Shown: piece after piece, positions 39,102-44,221 of the stretch | Layout: every line of letters starts with the position of its first letter | How positions within the stretch are numbered: position 1 is the stretch's first letter | Source of the DNA: an uncultured Methanomicrobia archaeon | Lineage (GTDB): Archaea > Halobacteriota > Bog-38 > Methanoflorentales > Methanoflorentaceae | Direction of reading: 5' to 3' | Assembly (NCBI GenBank): GCA_964355295.1 | Contig: CAYHCZ010000004.1 | Coordinates: 1 to 44,221, forward strand | Length of the DNA stretch: 44,221 bases | Notes under the pieces: generated by a model | Databases searched by the model: none | Told to the model about the DNA's origin: nothing | Seen by the model: only the letters and a program-made list of their open reading frames with translations | Program-made: the position numbers and the translations under genes

Positions 39102-39908
39102 TTAGAAGACAAGGTGGGCGCCACGATTGTATACCATTGTTTTTCGAACGGTTCCAAAGGCGTTGAGCGCGTTAGCAGGATCTATAGCATAAACGGCATC
39201 TCCGAGCATCGCCATGGATGCAAGTCCACCGCTCGCTTCAACTGCTTCGATTGTATCTTGAGCTTTTTGACTTACAAGCTCGGTATCGTAAGCAAATTGT
39301 CTCGACAAGCACATAAACTCATCAAAAGTAGGCCTCTTCAAAAGTCTTTGTAACGCGTCCGATCCAAACTTGTTTATGAGGGGCATTTTTTCTCGGTCTG
39401 TCAATATTTCCGACGTTGAGAGGGGCCCAAAGACGATATAAGAAACCTCGAGAGGAGCTGTAGGAATTCGATAAACCGCGTTTTGCTGACGAACGACGAC
39501 ACCCCCTACTGCTTGGGCGACAACGTCACCAACTCCGGTTTTGTTGGTAATTTCAGCCTGCTGCGCAATAGCACAGAGAGAATTGAAGCTGTGTTTAAGC
39601 CCCCAAAATTCGTTTAAGGCAAGGGCAGTGCTTAAAGCGCCGGCGCCGCTAGTTCCAAGGCCGCAGCTCATCGGTCCCGCTAGCTCGGTCCTTATATCAG
39701 CGATCTTGTCGGACAGCAAGGAGGCAACCGTTTTTGTGGTGGGTGCTGAATCCAGTTGTCGGTTAATATAAATGCTGCCGTGCCCTACAGAGGCTTCAGT
39801 CACGGCGCCGTCGGCAATAACGATTCCGCACCCAATAGAGGAGATCCTTTCTTGGTCAGATCTCAATGCGAAAAACCCCGTAATGTGAAAGGGGCAAAAA
39901 GCTTTCAT
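39102..39908 (-). CDS. Pantoate kinase (GHMP kinase family, archaeal CoA pathway)
   Basis: 268 aa. N-terminus AFCPFHITGFF and GHMP motif CGLGTSGAGALSTALAL. The ATGA overlap with the coaBC stop indicates an operon. Confidence 0.72.
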   Translation of the reverse strand: MKAFCPFHITGFFALRSDQERISSIGCGIVIADGAVTEASVGHGSIYINRQLDSAPTTKTVASLLSDKIADIRTELAGPMSCGLGTSGAGALSTALALNEFWGLKHSFNSLCAIAQQAEITNKTGVGDVVAQAVGGVVVRQQNAVYRIPTAPLEVSYIVFGPLSTSEILTDREKMPLINKFGSDALQRLLKRPTFDEFMCLSRQFAYDTELVSQKAQDTIEAVEASGGLASMAMLGDAVYAIDPANALNAFGTVRKTMVYNRGAHLVF

Positions 39909-41059
39909 CTGAGGTTCATTCTCTGAACAACAGCGTCGATAATCTTTCCAGCGAGATATGCTTTATCGCCTTGATACCGTTCGACGTGCGAATCGACGAT
40001 GTAAATTTCGTTGTCTTTAGTACCCATACCACGCACAGTCACGTCGTTTGCTACCACTAAATCTACCGGAATCGAGCGGGCACATTCAATCAGTTCATCC
40101 GGGGTAGTATTAGTTTCTGCTTTAAAACAGACGATAAAAAGGCGCGGGTACTTCGCTCGAACAATGTCAGTAAGCTTTGGTACGTTTTTTAGCTCGAGAT
40201 GCAGAGCTTGGCCAGATCGAATCTTTCCATCGTGCTTATCGACCGTGAAATCTGAGATCGCTGCCGCGTTGATAAATACGTCATACCCTTTATCTAGTTC
40301 CATAAGCACGGCATCGATCATCTCTGCTGCACTTTCTATACGTATCTGATTTACGAGTTGTGCAGTGCTGTTGTGCACGATGGTAACATCAGCACCCCTT
40401 CTAAAAGCTTCATAAGCAATTTCCCTGCCAGTTCGCCCTGAGCTTTTTGTGGTGAGAATGCGAATCGGGTCTACGGCCTCTATCGTCGCACCGCTTGTTA
40501 TCAACATTTTCTTTTTTGTTAAATCCCGTCGGGATAGGAGCCGCTCGACTATGAGCAAGATTTCGCGTGTGTCAGCGAATTTTGCCTTGTCTTCTTTGAT
40601 ACGTGGCCAAACGAAATGAACTAGCTCTCCTAAGCTATGAACGTTCTCTTTAACAAGTGGCTGGGAATACATAGACAAGTGCATCGCAGGAACGATCACA
40701 ATAGGTTTGCCCGATCCTAAGGCCGTGACCGCACATGTCGTTACTGGGGTATCGTCAATGCCATGTGCTATCTTGCCGATCGTATTCGCTGTGCAAGGCG
40801 CAATTAAAAGCATGTCTGCCGAACCGTCTTTCCCCAGAAAAGCGACATGCTCTACCTTACCCGTAAGCTCATTGATTACAGGGTTCTGTGAAGCGTATTC
40901 CAACGCGTTTGAATGGATTATCTGCCGCGCCGCTGGTGTTGTGACAACATGCACCGTTGCGCCTCGACGCTTAAGCTGACGGATTAGCTTTACAGTCTCT
41001 ACTGCGGCGATACTGCCTGTGACACCGACGACGATGGTTTTGCTTTCCAAGCTATTCAT
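39905..41059 (-). CDS. coaBC: Bifunctional phosphopantothenoylcysteine decarboxylase / phosphopantothenate-cysteine ligase
   Basis: Flavoprotein N-terminus IVVGVTGSIAAVETVKLIRQL, PAMHLSMY and a C-terminal DFP/CoaB domain (ITSGATIEAVDPIRILT.KSSG). Start placed at ATG 41059 (MNSLESK...). The ORF-track GTG at 41104 is the alternative. Confidence 0.9.
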   Translation of the reverse strand: MNSLESKTIVVGVTGSIAAVETVKLIRQLKRRGATVHVVTTPAARQIIHSNALEYASQNPVINELTGKVEHVAFLGKDGSADMLLIAPCTANTIGKIAHGIDDTPVTTCAVTALGSGKPIVIVPAMHLSMYSQPLVKENVHSLGELVHFVWPRIKEDKAKFADTREILLIVERLLSRRDLTKKKMLITSGATIEAVDPIRILTTKSSGRTGREIAYEAFRRGADVTIVHNSTAQLVNQIRIESAAEMIDAVLMELDKGYDVFINAAAISDFTVDKHDGKIRSGQALHLELKNVPKLTDIVRAKYPRLFIVCFKAETNTTPDELIECARSIPVDLVVANDVTVRGMGTKDNEIYIVDSHVERYQGDKAYLAGKIIDAVVQRMNLR

Positions 41060-41271
41060 ATATATGAAAGTGTTAATGCTCGCAGCTAGATTTGTGTAGT
41101 TCACTGATTAACTTTTGCATCGAACGAAATGAAAACGTAGCTCGTTACATAAGTCGAATATTCATAAGATCAAACGCTATGGAACCGCGCTCATTGTAAT
41201 TAAAATAGAAAGTCACGTCTGAAAGCTATCAAGCGAAATACATAATACCCGTCCGTTCGTCTGAGAATGTA

Positions 41272-42732
41272 ATGACGCAGAACATTATTCGGAAGGGCCG
41301 TCTAATGGAGTCCAATAAGCGCGCATCGCAGTTTACCACCTCCATCGCTGCAGACGCGTGGCTTTTTCGTTATGACATTCTCGTCGATCTCGCGCACGTG
41401 AGAATGCTCAATAAACAGGCGATAATCTCACAAACGACCTATAACGCGCTTAAACAATCATTGCTTAAAATAAATGAACGCGGTTACGCTTTTTTACAAA
41501 AAGACGTTGACGATGTCCATGTTGCGATTGAGACAGCGCTAACAGATGAGGTGGGGCCTGCGCAAGCTGGTTGGCTGCACCTAGGTCGGTCGAGGAATGA
41601 TGAGGTTGCAGCGTGCATTCGCATGGCCGTGCGTGATAAGTTGCTTTCACTCAAGGATGCCATTCTTGCCCTGCAAAGCACCCTATTGGAACGGTCAGCT
41701 GAAAACCTGTCCACCATAATGCCTGGCTTTACACATTTGCAACACGCTCAGCCTACAACGCTAGGGCACCATCTGCTCGCACATTATGATGCCTTAGAGC
41801 GAGACTTTGCACGCTCGGGGGACTGCTATGATCGAACAAACAAATCGCCATTAGGGGCAGCAGCTTTTGCCTCTACTGGCTGGCCGATCGATCGTGATTC
41901 GACTGCATCAGCTCTCGGTTTCGACGGGATTATTGAGAACTCGATGGACGCAGTGAGCACCCGCGACTTTGTCATAGAGGTGCTAGCCACTGCCTCAAAT
42001 TTCATGATCACACTCAGCCGCCTTTCCGAAGAGCTCATACTCTGGAGCACATCCGAGTTTGGTTACGTGGAACTTGATGACAAATTTGCGTCGACAAGCT
42101 CTATTATGCCACAGAAAAAGAATCCAGACCCACTTGAATTAACGCGGGCAAAAACGGGAACGGTTATTGGAGCGCTCACGGCTAGCTTGATTATCTGTAA
42201 AGCGCTACCTTATAGCTATAATCTCGACTTACAGGAGGTTACGCTGCATTTACACCAAGCGATGAGTACCACAATCGACTGCGCCCAGATTGTTCAAGTG
42301 GTGCTACAGACGCTTGTCATTAACAGAGAAAGGTTAGCTGAAATGAGTTCTATAGGTTTCACGACGGCAACTGAGCTAGCCGACACTATTGCTCGTACGA
42401 CGAGTGTTCCTTTTCGAACTGCACACACCATTGTCGGCGAAGTCGTACGAATCGGCACGTGCGATCTTGATACTATCGATCAAATGGGCAAAAAACACGT
42501 TGGAAAGCCTCTGTCACTACTTGGTTTGACAGCTAGTGATATCAAAGAGGCGCTCGACGTTAGCTCTAACATTGCAAAAAGGGACGTGAAAGGGGGGCCT
42601 GCAGAAAGTGAGGTAGCGCGTATGATAACGGCGCGACGCAAGCATCTGCAATCTCAACGGCGACACCTTTCGCTCCAACAGAACGCCTTAAAAACGGTGG
42701 AGAAGGACCTGTTGCACTATTCTGATGTCTAA
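41272..42732 (+). CDS. argH: Argininosuccinate lyase
   Basis: 486 aa. GRSRNDEVAACIRM, FTHLQHAQPTTLGHHL and the fumarate-lyase signature SSIMPQKKNPD. Confidence 0.95.
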   Translation: MTQNIIRKGRLMESNKRASQFTTSIAADAWLFRYDILVDLAHVRMLNKQAIISQTTYNALKQSLLKINERGYAFLQKDVDDVHVAIETALTDEVGPAQAGWLHLGRSRNDEVAACIRMAVRDKLLSLKDAILALQSTLLERSAENLSTIMPGFTHLQHAQPTTLGHHLLAHYDALERDFARSGDCYDRTNKSPLGAAAFASTGWPIDRDSTASALGFDGIIENSMDAVSTRDFVIEVLATASNFMITLSRLSEELILWSTSEFGYVELDDKFASTSSIMPQKKNPDPLELTRAKTGTVIGALTASLIICKALPYSYNLDLQEVTLHLHQAMSTTIDCAQIVQVVLQTLVINRERLAEMSSIGFTTATELADTIARTTSVPFRTAHTIVGEVVRIGTCDLDTIDQMGKKHVGKPLSLLGLTASDIKEALDVSSNIAKRDVKGGPAESEVARMITARRKHLQSQRRHLSLQQNALKTVEKDLLHYSDV

Positions 42733-43999
42733 GATGGACGACGTACTGCATGGTGATCACGTAAAAGTGGTCAAGGACGGGAAAGAGTTTTTTGGCGTGC
42801 TTATGCCGAGTGCCACAACTTATGTTGTAATTAAGCTAGATAGCGGTTATAACGTGGGCTTTGCGCCAGAGGGCCTCAAGATTTCGCTCATTGAAAAGAG
42901 AGCGCCTGTAACGGTTAAAAGACTGTCAAGATCCATACGTCCTGATTTACCGCGTTTGAGCATTGTCTCGACTGGAGGCACCATAGCCAGTAAAATTGAC
43001 TACAGAACAGGAGCAGTAACGAGTCAGTTCGACGCTGAAGACATTATCGATGCAATTCCCGACTTAGCTGAAATCGCTAACATAGAAGGCGTGATGCTCT
43101 ACAACATACTTAGCGAAAACATGCAGCCAGAGTTGTGGTCAGAACTGGCCTTATGCGTGTACGATAAAGTCCGTAGCGGGGCTGACGGAGTACTTGTGAC
43201 GCATGGTACAGATACCTTGGGATACAGCGCTGCAGCTTTATCATTTATGCTGCAGGTGCCTGTGCCAGTTATGCTTGTCGGCTCGCAGAGATCAGCTGAT
43301 CGCCCTAGCAGTGACAACGTCGTGAATGCGACTTGTGCAGCTATAGCAGCTACAAGTGACCTTGCAGGGGTTTTTACAGTGATGCATGAAGATGCGTCCG
43401 ATGATACATGTCTTGTTCACGTAGGAACTCGTACAAAGAAGATGCACACGTCACGACGCGACGCGTTTCAATCAGTCAATGCGGAACCGGTCGCACGCGT
43501 TACATATCAGGAAAGATCGCTACAATTCTTAACTTATCGGATTGTTCGAGGTGGCTGTGAGCTTTCCGTTCGTCCGAAAATCGAGCCAAAATGCGCTCTC
43601 GTAAAATTCTTCCCGGGAGCGGACCCCAGTATTCTGAACTATTATTTGAAGCAAGGGTTTAAGGGCTTGGTTATTGAAGGAACGGGCCTGGGCCACGTTA
43701 CAAGCGAGTGGATCCCCTATATAAAAGAAATAGCGGAGGCTATGCCAGTTGTAATGACCTCTCAGTGTGTCTACGGCACTGTATGCGATAGGGTCTACGA
43801 CACTGGTCGTGACCTCTTGAAAGCCGGGATTATTGAAGGGGACGATATGCTTAGTGAGACGGCTCTGGTTAAACTGATGTGGGTACTTGGCCAGACGTCG
43901 GATCGGGAAGAGATTCGAAAGCTGATCAAAACAAATATTGCCGGTGAAATAACCGTTGATGAGAGCAGGACATGGCGTGCATTTGAGGAGCTACCGTGA
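42725..43999 (+). CDS. gatD: Glutamyl-tRNA(Gln) amidotransferase subunit D
   Basis: 424 aa. N-terminal AD domain, then an asparaginase-like domain (STGGTIASKIDYRTGAV, THGTDTLGYSAAALSF). Overlaps argH by 8 nt. Confidence 0.95.
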   Translation: MSKMDDVLHGDHVKVVKDGKEFFGVLMPSATTYVVIKLDSGYNVGFAPEGLKISLIEKRAPVTVKRLSRSIRPDLPRLSIVSTGGTIASKIDYRTGAVTSQFDAEDIIDAIPDLAEIANIEGVMLYNILSENMQPELWSELALCVYDKVRSGADGVLVTHGTDTLGYSAAALSFMLQVPVPVMLVGSQRSADRPSSDNVVNATCAAIAATSDLAGVFTVMHEDASDDTCLVHVGTRTKKMHTSRRDAFQSVNAEPVARVTYQERSLQFLTYRIVRGGCELSVRPKIEPKCALVKFFPGADPSILNYYLKQGFKGLVIEGTGLGHVTSEWIPYIKEIAEAMPVVMTSQCVYGTVCDRVYDTGRDLLKAGIIEGDDMLSETALVKLMWVLGQTSDREEIRKLIKTNIAGEITVDESRTWRAFEELP

Positions 44000-44221
44000 A
44001 AGATCATGACTATCTTAAAGTTGGCCTGAAAGCTGGTTTGGAGATCCATCAACAGCTAAACACCACGTCAAAGCTATTTTGCAGTAGTCCGACTGAATTG
44101 AGAGACACGAAAGATGCGTCATATGAATTTTATCGCTACTTACGCCCTTCCAAGAGTGAATTGGGCGAAATTGACCGAGCTGCGATGGAAGAGGGTGTTG
44201 GGACCAGGCGGTTTACTTACA
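43996..44221 (+). CDS. gatE: Glutamyl-tRNA(Gln) amidotransferase subunit E (5' part, runs off the window)
   Basis: A GTG at 43996 overlaps the gatD TGA (GTGA). YLKVGLKAGLEIHQQLNT..KLFC is the GatE/GatB N-terminal signature. Confidence 0.9.
   Translation, partial: MKDHDYLKVGLKAGLEIHQQLNTTSKLFCSSPTELRDTKDASYEFYRYLRPSKSELGEIDRAAMEEGVGTRRFTY

Noticed and set aside
38539-39353. ORFs 38539-38838 (minus) and 39054-39353 (plus)
   Set aside because: The first is antisense to the TRAM gene and its promoter. The second is antisense to the 3' end of pantoate kinase. Neither has recognisable features.
1-44221. CRISPR arrays, rRNA genes, transposases, reverse transcriptases or recognisable defence-system genes
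   Set aside because: A scan of both strands found no regularly spaced 25-40 nt repeats. No ORF carries the hallmark motifs of these families.

Overview
Archaeal, euryarchaeote-like chromosomal segment with about 50 genes. Lineage markers are ribosomal stalk proteins P0/P1, Spt5, SecE, FtsZ, an HMf-type histone, GatD/GatE, DTD2, pantoate kinase, and GGAGG-type Shine-Dalgarno sites with A/T-rich TATA boxes. Positions 1-12.3 kb are conserved core: a GT4 glycosyltransferase, purL, the ftsZ-secE-spt5-rpl11-rpl1-P0-P1 block on the minus strand, dtdA, an initiator-type tRNA-Met, thioredoxin, a hydrogenase maturation protease and dCMP deaminase. Positions 12.3-17.7 kb hold iorA-iorB, a TPR/zinc-ribbon gene and a paaK-family ligase. 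All three enzyme genes are disrupted by in-frame stops and frameshifts, while the TPR gene and the flanking genes are intact. Positions 17.7-23 kb hold an aminotransferase, a second GT4, endonuclease V with an in-frame TAG, a 47-aa zinc-ribbon ORF, the histone, a TIGR00725-like protein and an MBL hydrolase. Positions 23-38.6 kb look accessory. They contain an AT-rich islet with mini membrane ORFs and orphan ORFs, three lipobox surface proteins (one flanked by a direct repeat), an AMP-forming acyl-CoA synthetase and an LSm protein. The same stretch holds a GltB-domain-2-like protein, a frameshifted flavodoxin, NTF2-like, SagB-type, VOC and alpha/beta-hydrolase genes, and several 500-700 bp ORF-free gaps. 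Positions 38.6-44.2 kb hold a TRAM protein, the coaBC-pantoate kinase operon and argH-gatD-gatE (3' partial). I found no rRNA, CRISPR array, transposase or integrase. The main signal is selective, multi-lesion decay of the IOR/PaaK aryl-acid module, plus two further scattered pseudogenes. No clearly novel multi-gene system could be demonstrated from sequence alone. Candidates are listed with modest scores.
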